From an uncultured Rikenella sp. (GTDB lineage Bacteria > Bacteroidota > Bacteroidia > Bacteroidales > VadinHA17), in contig CAZHZC010000013.1 in NCBI GenBank assembly GCA_964537135.1, positions 2,301 through 66,300 of the forward strand: a stretch of 64,000 nucleotides of DNA, given 5' to 3'. Every line of letters begins with the position of its first letter. The first letter of the stretch is position 1. Shown here piece after piece: positions 48,491-58,278 of the stretch. Made by a program: the position numbers and the translations under genes. A model generated the notes under the pieces. The model saw only the letters and a list, made by a program, of their open reading frames with translations, ran no database searches and was not told the DNA's origin.

Positions 48491-49951
48491 TCAGTGCTGC
48501 ATATATTGCCTGTAGCTCTCAATGAATGACGGAATATCATCTATGGAGAGTCGTTTCGCAATGATCCTTTTATCCTTGTCAAGTATATAGAAGAGAGGTG
48601 TTGATTCCACATTGTAAAGAGTGTCAAACCGGCTCATCCGCTGAGGGTCCCATCCGTTGATCCATGTGAGTCCGTGCCCCGCTATGTACTCCTGCCAATC
48701 ACTCTTCTCATGGCGGGTATTCACAGCAAAGACCTCAACACCTGACAACCGGCTACTGTCATAATACTCTTTCAGCTTCGGGGTAGACACCTTACAGTGT
48801 CCGCAGTCAGGCTCCCAGAAGTAGAGGATTGTAAACTCTGCCTTTATGTCATAGAGTGATACCCAGTGACCGGTGAACGACTCCAGGAGCAGGTCGGGTG
48901 CCTTCTCTCCGATAAGGTTAGGCCGCAGTCGCTCCACACGCTTCTCAAGCTCTGAGAGATACTGTTCGCTGGCCCAGGGAGCCCTGCCGGCAAGGTACAC
49001 CTTGTCTGCCAGGTGTACCACCACCGCATCGTGTCCCATGATCTCACTGGCCGCATACCTGTTCATCAGCCAGATAGCCACAAACTGAAACATTTCATCA
49101 TTGACCGAGCTACTGGCCAGTACCCTGTCAGCCTCCCGGTTGATTGAATCAGGAGCCTGTATCACCACCTGCCCAAAAAACTGTTGTAGCCGGCCGTTGA
49201 TGACAGGACTACGTATCAGTCCGGGCTCTGTGAAATCTATATTGTCAAAAAAGTGCTCCTTGTGATAGAGGTATGAGAGAAGTCTTCCCACTGAGTCGGG
49301 TTTATCTGTCCCCGGCGGTATCACCGGTTGCGGTACCTCAACCGGTATTACGGAGCGTGCGATGGCACCAAGGAGTGAGCCGCTGTTTGCCTCAGCTGTC
49401 TCACTCAGGAATCTCTTCATGGCAGCTTCATGACCGGTCAGCTCCCTCCTGGCTTGCGTCGCCTCCTGGCTGCCGGGCTGAAGTTCATTAAGTCTCTCAC
49501 TCAGCCTCATCGCCTCCTCCTGCAGGTTCTTCCATCCTCTCTGATAAGCAATAAACCGACTGTTCTCCTCCGAGTCGGTAAACTGAAGTGTTGAGGCCGG
49601 ATCATCAAGTAAAAAGCTGATACCAAAATGTTGGTTATCACCTACCAGGAACTCAAAAAAGGTGTTTCCGGGGGTAACGATCATATAAACGCCCTCGGGG
49701 AGCCTCTCATCACCGGCAAACTGTGCCATACCATTCAGGTCGGTGACCAGGCTGTCACGCACATACTGCTGATTTCCCACATGGTAGGCCAGTCTGATCT
49801 GTGTCTCGGGAGCATCACTGACGGTCAGGCTGAAAGAGTAGCCCTGCCTGGCCCCGAGATGAGGTGACACTGCCTGGAGAATTCCTGTCAGTAACAGTAC
49901 TGTTAATCTGCCATTCATCTTAATAACTGATTTTGCAAAGATTCCTATCAA
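48491..49951 (-). CDS. TlpA/AhpC-TSA thioredoxin-like protein with N-terminal DUF5106-like domains
   Basis: Signal peptide; C-terminal FWEPDCGHC (CxxC) thioredoxin fold. Confidence 0.85.
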   Translation of the reverse strand: MIGIFAKSVIKMNGRLTVLLLTGILQAVSPHLGARQGYSFSLTVSDAPETQIRLAYHVGNQQYVRDSLVTDLNGMAQFAGDERLPEGVYMIVTPGNTFFEFLVGDNQHFGISFLLDDPASTLQFTDSEENSRFIAYQRGWKNLQEEAMRLSERLNELQPGSQEATQARRELTGHEAAMKRFLSETAEANSGSLLGAIARSVIPVEVPQPVIPPGTDKPDSVGRLLSYLYHKEHFFDNIDFTEPGLIRSPVINGRLQQFFGQVVIQAPDSINREADRVLASSSVNDEMFQFVAIWLMNRYAASEIMGHDAVVVHLADKVYLAGRAPWASEQYLSELEKRVERLRPNLIGEKAPDLLLESFTGHWVSLYDIKAEFTILYFWEPDCGHCKVSTPKLKEYYDSSRLSGVEVFAVNTRHEKSDWQEYIAGHGLTWINGWDPQRMSRFDTLYNVESTPLFYILDKDKRIIAKRLSIDDIPSFIESYRQYMQH

Positions 49952-50039
49952 TTATCCTGCCAGCCCATTTTGACTGTACCCATCCTTTCAACACGACTCA
50001 ATGATCCATCTACTCAGCTCCATAATCCATGTACACTGT

Positions 50040-50741
50040 TCAGTGATCCATATTGAGCCTCATTATCTCGGCATATCCACCCGGTTTGATCAGGGCCCGC
50101 AAGACAAAATTGAACCGGTTGATATCGGTACATAGAAAGAAGTCTGTTGGCGGACTGAACGTCAGGTTGGCAGGATCAAAAAACCGGCTGCCTGCCCCGT
50201 TACGCAGTGATGCTGCCTCTCCTGAGATATCGGGGTCATTGCCCTTCAGCAGCTCCCTGATATACCTGGCACAGAGCAGGTCTTCATCAGCAGAGATGGC
50301 TGCACGGTACCCCATTGCCACCAGGGTGACCACTTCAGGCTTTGTCATCAGTATATATGATGCCACAGCGCCAGCATTAACCAGTCCGGCAGCCAGCACC
50401 TCGGTTGCTCCGGCAGCACTCATAATACCCCTGGTGCCGGCGGTGGTGCAGTGTATCATTTTCTTGCCTGCAACATTGCCGGTAAGCATCTCGGTAGGAC
50501 TATTACTGAAATCAAAACCGTCAGGCTTCACCTCGTTCTGCTCGCCTGCAATAATCACATCATTTCCAAGTTTCTCTTTTAGAGCGAATGCTTCAGCCGG
50601 GGTGGCTACGTCAAGAAGGCGGCTAATACCGTTATCAAAGGCGTAGCAGGCGGTGCTGAATGCGCGGAAAACATCAATGACAACTGCCACGCCCTTAGCA
50701 GACTGTGCCCCACTGATAAATTCGGTAATAATGATCTCCAT
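50040..50741 (-). CDS. 2-phosphosulfolactate phosphatase (ComB) family protein
   Basis: VVIDVFRAFST, GE......GFDFSNSP, TTAGT, EDLLCA motifs. Start set to ATG 50741. Confidence 0.88.
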   Translation of the reverse strand: MEIIITEFISGAQSAKGVAVVIDVFRAFSTACYAFDNGISRLLDVATPAEAFALKEKLGNDVIIAGEQNEVKPDGFDFSNSPTEMLTGNVAGKKMIHCTTAGTRGIMSAAGATEVLAAGLVNAGAVASYILMTKPEVVTLVAMGYRAAISADEDLLCARYIRELLKGNDPDISGEAASLRNGAGSRFFDPANLTFSPPTDFFLCTDINRFNFVLRALIKPGGYAEIMRLNMDH

Positions 50742-50827
50742 CTTCTGCCTTTCAAAGTGTGAAGATAACAATAGTGTTTGAAGATCATTTCTTAAATTTG
50801 CGTTCCGCCATTTTCAGCAATAATCTG

Positions 50828-52165
50828 ATGAGACCAGTGACAACCATAAGCCGTAAGATAGCCGAGAGTGCAGGGCAGAGTGTCAGAAAAGCGAGAGAGC
50901 GACTGAAGAGGTCACTCCCATGGTGGGTTCGTCAACAGCGTATCACATACCTTCTCTATAAGGGTATAAAGCGTGACAACATCTATATCAAGGCGTCAGC
51001 ACTTACTTTTTTCACCATCCTCTCCCTCATACCGATGATGGCCCTGGCTTTTGGCATAGCCAAGGGCTTTGGACTGCATGAGGAGCTCAGAGCACAGATA
51101 ATCATGCAGTTTCATAACCAGGAGCAGGTGATGAACTGGATACTGGACTTTGCCAATAAAACCCTTGAGCAGACCAGCGGTGGATGGGTGGCAGGCATAG
51201 GGGTAGCCTTTCTCTTCTCAGCGGTGATACAGCTGCTTCGCTATGTTGAGAATGTCTTCAACTCAATCTGGAAGGTTGAGGAGACAAGGGTGTGGTACCG
51301 CCAGATAACCGATTACCTGGCAATGATCATTCTGGTACCTGCCCTGCTGATAGCCTCCAGCAGTGTGACCCTGCTGGCCAATACACGACTCAATGAGGTG
51401 CTCAGCAGCCATTCAGGTGTGCTGGAGACCTTAAGGCCGGCGGTAGCTGTCATTGTAAAGCTGATACCCTATATCCTCCTCTGGACCCTCTCCACGGCTG
51501 CCTACCTGGCAATACCCAATACCAGGGTCAGGTTTAGGGCTGCCCTCCTTGCCGGGCTGGCTGCCGGGGTGGCGCTACAGGTGCTGCAGGTGGTCTATGT
51601 GGTCACACAGGTGGGTATCACCAGGCTGGGAACCCTCTATGGCAGCTTTGCAGCCATACCGCTGCTGATGGTGTGGATACAGATGAGCTGGGTGGCGATG
51701 CTGATGGGGGCACAGCTCTCATATTACCTGCAGAATATTACGAGGCATGAGTTTGAATTTGATGTGCAGAGGGTCTCTCCCAGGCAGAAAAAAAGATTGT
51801 CACTGCTTGTCATGCACTCACTGGTGATCGATTTTATCAAAGGTACCAGGCCCAGGGCACCTGAAGAGATCTCACAGGCACTGAGCCTGCCGGTACGTAC
51901 CGTGCATGAGTGCCTTGACCAGCTGCGTGAAGCATCAATGGTGACTGAGGTGTGGAGTGATGAGACAGAGAGTTACCTCTACCAGCCTGCTACCGACATC
52001 AACAAAATGACTCTGGCATATCTGCTTGAGCAGCTGGACGCTTCGGGCTCTACGCACAAGGTGGTCATCAGGAATTCTGATTACAAAAAGATTGATGCTG
52101 CCCTTACACGGTTTGAGGAGATGGTAGCCTCCTCAGATGGGAATATTCTTTTGAGAGATCTATAG
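50828..52165 (+). CDS. YihY/virulence factor BrkB family membrane protein with C-terminal HTH-like extension
   Basis: ASALTFFTILSLIP, YGSFAAIPLLMVWIQMSW; C-terminal helix-turn-helix-like segment. Confidence 0.88.
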   Translation: MRPVTTISRKIAESAGQSVRKARERLKRSLPWWVRQQRITYLLYKGIKRDNIYIKASALTFFTILSLIPMMALAFGIAKGFGLHEELRAQIIMQFHNQEQVMNWILDFANKTLEQTSGGWVAGIGVAFLFSAVIQLLRYVENVFNSIWKVEETRVWYRQITDYLAMIILVPALLIASSSVTLLANTRLNEVLSSHSGVLETLRPAVAVIVKLIPYILLWTLSTAAYLAIPNTRVRFRAALLAGLAAGVALQVLQVVYVVTQVGITRLGTLYGSFAAIPLLMVWIQMSWVAMLMGAQLSYYLQNITRHEFEFDVQRVSPRQKKRLSLLVMHSLVIDFIKGTRPRAPEEISQALSLPVRTVHECLDQLREASMVTEVWSDETESYLYQPATDINKMTLAYLLEQLDASGSTHKVVIRNSDYKKIDAALTRFEEMVASSDGNILLRDL

Positions 52166-52288
52166 ATCCCCTCTGTTCCTCTATAAGCCTGTTTGCAGAC
52201 CTCTGCCCCGGACTGCTGACCACTTAGGCTGTTTGTTGACTCCTGATCCAAACCATCAATCACAGACCCTGTCTGTTTATCTCAGAAC

Positions 52289-52990
52289 TTATTTATTGCG
52301 GAAGGGAGAGAGCCGGAATCGTCTGACATATCTGACCATCTCATCCAGTGAATTCCAGTTGTCAAACAGGTAGTGTGGGGCGTCGACGATAATCTGCCTG
52401 GTCTCAGGGTGCATTGACCAGTAGCTGATCAGGTTTGAGGCCCTGAATATGCGGTCTTCAGAGCCTATCAGGCTGTAGTCCCATACAAACCCGGTATCCA
52501 CCGGCTCCATCATACGGTTGTAGAGCCACCTCAGCTCATCATGCAGTGACTTAATGGTGCGGGTAGGTATGAATGCACGGTTCATCTCAAACCGGCTCTT
52601 GGTGCCGAAGAGTCTCAGGTAGAACTTCGCCATGCTGTAGTTGGAGATATTGTCAAGGGTAGCCTCAAAAATTTTGAGAGGGATGCCATACTTGTCATCG
52701 GCAGCCACCGGTGTGCCGTTAATTGCTATGGTGAGGTCAGGCGTGAGGCCCAGCTTACTGCTGTAGTACTCGGCAGCCCACACCCCCAGTGACCAGCCTA
52801 TGACAGTGACCCGCCGGTAGGTCTTCATCTCAGGCAGTATCAGCGGCTCATCAGCTGAAAAGTTGTAGAAGAGAATAAAATCAAAGTTGTCAGTACACAG
52901 GTTGGAAAAGGATTTCTCGTCAATTCCCCAGGTGCCGAAAAGAATTATAAGATCTCTGTTGTTCTCAAACCTTCTGAGGAACGTTTTCAT
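52289..52990 (-). CDS. DUF452/BioG-type pimeloyl-ACP methyl ester esterase
   Basis: LILFGTWG, nucleophile GWSLG, AINGT, DDKYGIP..IF..T, C-terminal PHY. Confidence 0.8.
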   Translation of the reverse strand: MKTFLRRFENNRDLIILFGTWGIDEKSFSNLCTDNFDFILFYNFSADEPLILPEMKTYRRVTVIGWSLGVWAAEYYSSKLGLTPDLTIAINGTPVAADDKYGIPLKIFEATLDNISNYSMAKFYLRLFGTKSRFEMNRAFIPTRTIKSLHDELRWLYNRMMEPVDTGFVWDYSLIGSEDRIFRASNLISYWSMHPETRQIIVDAPHYLFDNWNSLDEMVRYVRRFRLSPFRNK

Positions 52991-52996
52991 CGGCCA

Positions 52997-53193
52997 TAAT
53001 AAAAGGAAAAAGAGGAGAGGGTTTCTTGTGAGACATTAAGGAACGGGCTTATGAGATAATCCCGGAATCTACTGTCTGATAAAAGGAAGTAACCTATGGT
53101 AGTCAGCCTTAGGTTCATGTGAAAGTCAATGTCTGCAATACAATCCTATTGAATCTCACAAGTAACCCTAACTCTCCTCTTTTATTTCATCGT
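52997..53193 (-). ncRNA. Candidate structured RNA or 5' leader upstream of the bioG-like gene
   Basis: About 26-bp closing stem (53008-53033 with 53154-53183), three internal hairpins plus an inner stem, TATATTTG box at 53199-53206, 3' U-rich tract. Confidence 0.5.
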
Positions 53194-53341
53194 TTCTACA
53201 AATATATTATATAGGACGATACTTTACAAATATTTCAGAGAAATTATACTCTTATTTTTTACGGTTGTTTATTAAATTCTGATTAGCTATTTTTAACCAG
53301 ATTATCACCGTATTTATAATCCTGACATTAACCTGTTTACT

Positions 53342-54190
53342 ATGATTCCCGAGATTATCACCATGAAGCGTGATGATGGATCAGGCTTCCGGGTCTCCTG
53401 GATGGACAGTGAGAGCAGTTTCCTGCATCTTCATCCTGAGTTTGAGATAGTGCTTAACATCACCGGTAATGGTACCCGTGTAGCGGGCACCTCTGTGGAG
53501 TTGTTTGACCGCTATGACCTTGTTATTTTTGGTCCTGAGCTGATGCATTTCTGGAACTTTTACAGGAACAGTGCCTCGGAGAGTGCCTCCCACGCAATAA
53601 TGGTTCATTTCCGGCGCGACTCACTCGGTGATGATCTGCTCTCCCAGTTTGAGTTTACTGCTCTTAACCAGCTGTTTGAGGATGCCTCCAGGGGGATAGC
53701 CTTCCCGTCGGAGACCGGCAGGGCGGCTGAGGAGCCTATGCGACGGCTGCTGGTAGAGAGGGGGATGAGAAAGATGGTCAGTCTCTTCACCCTGCTCGAG
53801 ATCCTCAGTGCGGCACCGGCACGAAAGATATTGTCTGATGCCAACCCCGAAGGGATGAGTACCCTGGCTGACAGCCGGCTGACAGAGGTATGTGCCTATG
53901 TGAGAGAGAATTTTTATCGCCCACTGACAGTCAAGGAGATGGCAGGAGTAGCCAATATGAGTCCGCACTCATTCAGCCGCTACTTCTCACGTAGCACCGG
54001 AAGCGGATTTGTTGACTACGTGAATCAGGTGCGAACCAACAAGGCGTGTTATCTTCTTCGCGAGACAAATAACCAGATCAATGATATAGCTTTTCAGTGC
54101 GGATTTGCCACCGTCTCTAACTTCAACAAGCAGTTCAGGAAACATGCCGGCATGTCTGCACGTGACTACAGGGCACAATACCGCAACTGA
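53342..54190 (+). CDS. AraC family transcriptional regulator
   Basis: Cupin HLHPEFEI; C-terminal double HTH (MSPHSFSRYF, IAFQCGF.TVSNFNKQFRK). Confidence 0.93.
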   Translation: MIPEIITMKRDDGSGFRVSWMDSESSFLHLHPEFEIVLNITGNGTRVAGTSVELFDRYDLVIFGPELMHFWNFYRNSASESASHAIMVHFRRDSLGDDLLSQFEFTALNQLFEDASRGIAFPSETGRAAEEPMRRLLVERGMRKMVSLFTLLEILSAAPARKILSDANPEGMSTLADSRLTEVCAYVRENFYRPLTVKEMAGVANMSPHSFSRYFSRSTGSGFVDYVNQVRTNKACYLLRETNNQINDIAFQCGFATVSNFNKQFRKHAGMSARDYRAQYRN

Positions 54191-54366
54191 CCCGCAGGTA
54201 ACGTAGTGCAACTGACCTTTAGCCACAGAGGCCTGATGCTACCTTTGCGGTTACTCACGCCTCCGGAAAAGAGCCCTTCCGGGCGTCGCTGCCACACCGG
54301 TAAAAGCCTTTCAAAAAATTGTTATGATGTATGATATATATGGTGGCAGGGAATGATTTGTATTGC

Positions 54367-54374
54367 TAAATTTG
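54367..54374 (+). promoter_or_regulatory. -7 promoter box (TAAATTTG) for the hydro-lyase pair
   Basis: TAnnTTTG, 28 nt upstream of ATG 54403. Confidence 0.55.
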
Positions 54375-54402
54375 TCATTTAACAAAATAAAATATATCTG
54401 CC

Positions 54403-56220
54403 ATGGGAATGACCATTACCGAGAAAATCATTGCTTCACACTCGAAATATGACAGTGTAAAGCCGGGTGACATAGTTGATATATCCATTGATGCCAGGGT
54501 TGCCAGGGATTTTGGCGGTGCCAATGTCGTCAAAAACCTGAGGGATTTCGGGCTGTCCGTTGATGATCCTGAGAAGACCCTCTTCACCTTCGACTGCAAT
54601 CCTACCGGATCAGACCAGAAGTATGCCGTCAACCAGCATATCTGCCGGCAGTTTGCGCGCAGCCATGGTATCCGTCTATATGATATCAATGCCGGGATCG
54701 GAACCCACCTGCTGATTGAAGAGGGGTATATATGGCCCGGGGCCACCGGCGTCTCTACCGACTCACATGCCAATGTGCTGGGTGCTGTGGGCGCCTTTGG
54801 GCAGGGTATGGGTGATATGGATATAGCTGCTGCATGGAACAGTGGCAGGGTATGGTTCAAGGTACCCCATTCGGTCAGGCTCACCTTCACCGGAGAGATG
54901 CCCTCTAATGTCAATGCCAAGGATGTTATTCTCAACCTGCTGCAGATATATGGCGCCAACACGCTACTTGGCTACAGCATAGAGCTCTATGGTGATGCCG
55001 TTGATCGTATGACGCTGGATGAGCGTATCACCATCGCCTCCATGGCTACCGAGATGGGTGCAATAATTATACTGTTCCCTCCCAGCAAGGAGGTAGTTGA
55101 CTACTGCCGGGCACGTGCACGTGAACCCTTTGAACCGGTATATGCTGATAAGGATGCCAGCTATAAGCTCACCGCAGAGATAGATGTGACCAGATTCGTT
55201 CCTATGGTTGCACGTCCCGGTGAACCACATGATACGGTAGGGGTGAAGGAGCTTACCCGGACCAGAATCGATTCAGCATTCATAGGGAGCTGTACCAACG
55301 GACGGATAGAGGATATGCGTACTGCCGCGGAGATACTGAGAGAGAGGAAGGTGGCGCCGGGGGTGGTGCTCAAGATTGTGCCCTCTACCGATGCGGTATG
55401 GATGCAGTGCCTTGAAGAGGGGCTGATAGATATCTTCAAGCAGGCCGGAGCGCTGGTCTCCAATGCCGGGTGTGCAGGATGCGCTGCCGGACAGGTGGGG
55501 CAGAATGGCCTGGGAGAGGTAACAGTCAGTACCGGCAACCGTAACTTTCCGGGCAAGCAGGGTAAGGGAGAGGTCTTCCTGGCCTCACCGGCAGTGGTGG
55601 CAGCATCAGCCCTGGCCGGATATATCACCACACCTGATGCCATACCGGCAACACCGCCGGAGGTACTGTTTGAGACAGCCGTAACGGAGAGTGCGGCAGC
55701 ACCCAAAGAGGTGAAGGCAGAGAAGAAGCCTGTGGTGATAAGAGGAAGGGTATGGCTGATCGAAAGGGACAATATCGATACCGACATGATATTCCATAAC
55801 CGCTATCTGGCAATAACTGACATCAACGAGATGGGACAGTACACCTTTGACAACCTGAAAGGTTATGAAGATTTTGCCAGGAGGGCCAAACCGGGTGACA
55901 TCATAGTAACAGGTAAGAACTTCGGGAGCGGCAGCTCACGCCAGCAGGCAGTAGACTGCTTTGTGGCACTTGGAGTACAGGCTGTTATAGCACAGTCTTT
56001 TGGAGCCATTTATGAACGTAATGCAATCAATGCTGCCTTCCCGGTGATGACCTACAACGCGCTGGCGGGCATAGAGCTTAAGGACCAGGACATAATCTCC
56101 GTCAATCTGCTTACCGGTGAGGTGACCAATGAGCGTAACGGACTAACCACTTCAATTAATCCGTTCTATGACGCTCAGTATGACATCTATAACAGGGGCG
56201 GACTGCTGGGAAGAATCTAA
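54403..56220 (+). CDS. Aconitase-family [4Fe-4S] hydro-lyase, LeuC-like large subunit fused to LeuD-like swivel domain, with atypical motifs
   Basis: GSCTNGR and GCAGC cluster ligands; NIDTD and NFGSGSSRQQA swivel motifs; DH replaced by DC. Confidence 0.88.
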   Translation: MGMTITEKIIASHSKYDSVKPGDIVDISIDARVARDFGGANVVKNLRDFGLSVDDPEKTLFTFDCNPTGSDQKYAVNQHICRQFARSHGIRLYDINAGIGTHLLIEEGYIWPGATGVSTDSHANVLGAVGAFGQGMGDMDIAAAWNSGRVWFKVPHSVRLTFTGEMPSNVNAKDVILNLLQIYGANTLLGYSIELYGDAVDRMTLDERITIASMATEMGAIIILFPPSKEVVDYCRARAREPFEPVYADKDASYKLTAEIDVTRFVPMVARPGEPHDTVGVKELTRTRIDSAFIGSCTNGRIEDMRTAAEILRERKVAPGVVLKIVPSTDAVWMQCLEEGLIDIFKQAGALVSNAGCAGCAAGQVGQNGLGEVTVSTGNRNFPGKQGKGEVFLASPAVVAASALAGYITTPDAIPATPPEVLFETAVTESAAAPKEVKAEKKPVVIRGRVWLIERDNIDTDMIFHNRYLAITDINEMGQYTFDNLKGYEDFARRAKPGDIIVTGKNFGSGSSRQQAVDCFVALGVQAVIAQSFGAIYERNAINAAFPVMTYNALAGIELKDQDIISVNLLTGEVTNERNGLTTSINPFYDAQYDIYNRGGLLGRI

Positions 56221-56236
56221 ATAACCGATACCGGAT

Positions 56237-58012
56237 ATGAAACCAAGAACATTTGTTGAAAAGATACTGGGAGCCCCTGAGGGGGCGGTAGTCTTCAGGA
56301 AGCCTGACCTGATACTGACGCATGACAACACTGCAAGCATCTTCCAGACCTTCCGCAAGATGGGAGGCGAAAAGGTGGCTGATCCCGGCCAGATGGTGAT
56401 AGTGCTTGATCACAATGCCCCGCCTACAGATGCCAAGATTGCCTCTCAGTACCAGGATATCAGGAACATAGTAACCAATCAGGGTATTGACAAGTTTTAC
56501 GACTCCGGCACCGGCATCTGTCATCAGATGATGGCCGGTCACGCCAGGCCGGGAATGGTTATTGTCGGTTCAGACAGCCACACCTGTACTGCCGGCGCCT
56601 TCAATGCGCTGGCTGCAGGTATAGACCGTACTGAGGCAGCAGGTATCTGGAAGAGGGGAGAGACCTGGTTCCTGGTACCACCCTCAATGCGCATTGACCT
56701 TACCGGCAGCCTGCGTCCCGGTGTCAGCGCCAAGGATCTCTCACTATGGATTATAGGTATCCTGGGGTCAGACGGTGCCAACTACATGTCAATTGAGTTT
56801 CATGGTGACGGCGTCAGTTCACTCAATATCAGTGACCGCATGACGGTGGCCAACCTCGCCTCCGAGATGGGAGCCAAGAATGCTGTCTTCCCCGCTGACC
56901 AGGTGCTCTTTAACTATCTGGGTGAAGAGATACCCGGTATATGGGCTGATGAGGAGGCTGAGTATGCCTGCCGCATCTCCATCAACCTGAATGATGTCTT
57001 TCCCCTGGTGGCGGCACCACACCATGTTGACAATATCAGATCGGTAGCCTCGGTAGCGGGCACAGCCGTTCAGGAGGGTCTTATCGGCACCTGTACCAAC
57101 GGACGCATAGAAGATCTCAGGGCTGCCGCAGAGGTGTTGATCGGCAAAAAGGTGAAGGAGGGCTTTCAGCTACATATTATCCCCGCATCGCGGGAGATCT
57201 ACCTGCAGGCTATCAGGGAAGGTATCATTACCGGGCTGATAGAGTCAGGAGCCAACATACTCAGTCCGAGCTGCGGCCCCTGCCTCGGCACCGGGCAGGG
57301 GATACCTGCCAGCGGCCATACGGTTATCTCCACCGCCAACCGCAACTTCCTGGGCAGGATGGGTAACAAGGAGGCCTCCATATACCTGGCCTCACCGGCT
57401 ACGGTGGCCGCCTCAGCCCTCAGCGGGGTGATCACTGACCCGAGGCAGGAGGGAGGCAGTGAGCAGTTTCCCTTCCGGCGACCGCAGAGCAAGACCAGCC
57501 TCATCGGAGAGGGTGAGCAGAGAAGGATCGGCAATGTATGGAACTATGCTGATGTGGATAATCTCAATACTGACCAGATGTTTGCAGGCAAGCACACCTA
57601 CAGCGTGCTCAGCTCTGACGCCGCAGCAATCATTCCGCTGCTCTTCAGCGACTTCGATCCGGCCTTCAGCACCACCGCCCACGAGGGAGATATTATCATG
57701 GCAGGTGATAACTTCGGATGTGGCAGCTCACGTGAGCACCCTGCGGTGGGACTGGCACACCTGGGTATCAGGGCAGTGATAATCAAATCTGTGAACCGCA
57801 TATTCTACCGGTCGGCAATCAACCAGGGGCTTCCGCTGATCGTTCACCGTGAGGCGGTAGAGGCATGGCAGCCGGGAGAGAGCGTAGAGGTTAACTTTGA
57901 TAAGGGCTCCTTAAAGGTGGGGGAGAGAAGGTTTGAGTTTGAACCTCTTCCCGCACAGCTGAAAGAGATAATCGAGAAGAGAGGGCTGGTCAACTGGATG
58001 AAGAGTGTGTGA
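56237..58012 (+). CDS. Aconitase-family [4Fe-4S] hydro-lyase, LeuC-LeuD fusion (3-isopropylmalate dehydratase/homoaconitase-like)
   Basis: THDNT, LDHNAP, GICHQ, SDSHT, GTCTNGR, SCGPC, STANRNF; NLNTD and NFGCGSSREH. Confidence 0.9.
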   Translation: MKPRTFVEKILGAPEGAVVFRKPDLILTHDNTASIFQTFRKMGGEKVADPGQMVIVLDHNAPPTDAKIASQYQDIRNIVTNQGIDKFYDSGTGICHQMMAGHARPGMVIVGSDSHTCTAGAFNALAAGIDRTEAAGIWKRGETWFLVPPSMRIDLTGSLRPGVSAKDLSLWIIGILGSDGANYMSIEFHGDGVSSLNISDRMTVANLASEMGAKNAVFPADQVLFNYLGEEIPGIWADEEAEYACRISINLNDVFPLVAAPHHVDNIRSVASVAGTAVQEGLIGTCTNGRIEDLRAAAEVLIGKKVKEGFQLHIIPASREIYLQAIREGIITGLIESGANILSPSCGPCLGTGQGIPASGHTVISTANRNFLGRMGNKEASIYLASPATVAASALSGVITDPRQEGGSEQFPFRRPQSKTSLIGEGEQRRIGNVWNYADVDNLNTDQMFAGKHTYSVLSSDAAAIIPLLFSDFDPAFSTTAHEGDIIMAGDNFGCGSSREHPAVGLAHLGIRAVIIKSVNRIFYRSAINQGLPLIVHREAVEAWQPGESVEVNFDKGSLKVGERRFEFEPLPAQLKEIIEKRGLVNWMKSV

Positions 58013-58094
58013 CACCCTTATATAATGCATTACAAGAGCGGCCATCAACAAAAAAACTGATTATCTTTGCGGCGGCATTTTTTTAGTGCCGTTC

Positions 58095-58171
58095 GGTTCC
58101 GTAGCTCAGTTGGATAGAGCAACAGCCTTCTAAGCTGTGGGTCGAGCGTTCGAGTCGCTCCGGAATCACCA
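58095..58171 (+). tRNA. tRNA-Arg (anticodon TCT)
   Basis: Acceptor stem GGTTCCG/CGGAATC, anticodon arm ACAGC-CTTCTAA-GCTGT, GTTCGA T-loop, encoded CCA; TATCTTTG box at 58062-58069. Confidence 0.97.
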
Positions 58172-58278
58172 CCGGCCGGTATCATTGTCACCGGTCCTAT
58201 TTTGTCAGGTGTCATGAAAGCTATCAGTATCAGTGCATTATTTGAAAGCAGTGTGACCACCATTTTACCGGGGCCATC

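Noticed and set aside
50040-50741. Coenzyme M biosynthesis
   Set aside because: A lone ComB-family gene; such homologues are widespread in bacteria and no other com genes are present.
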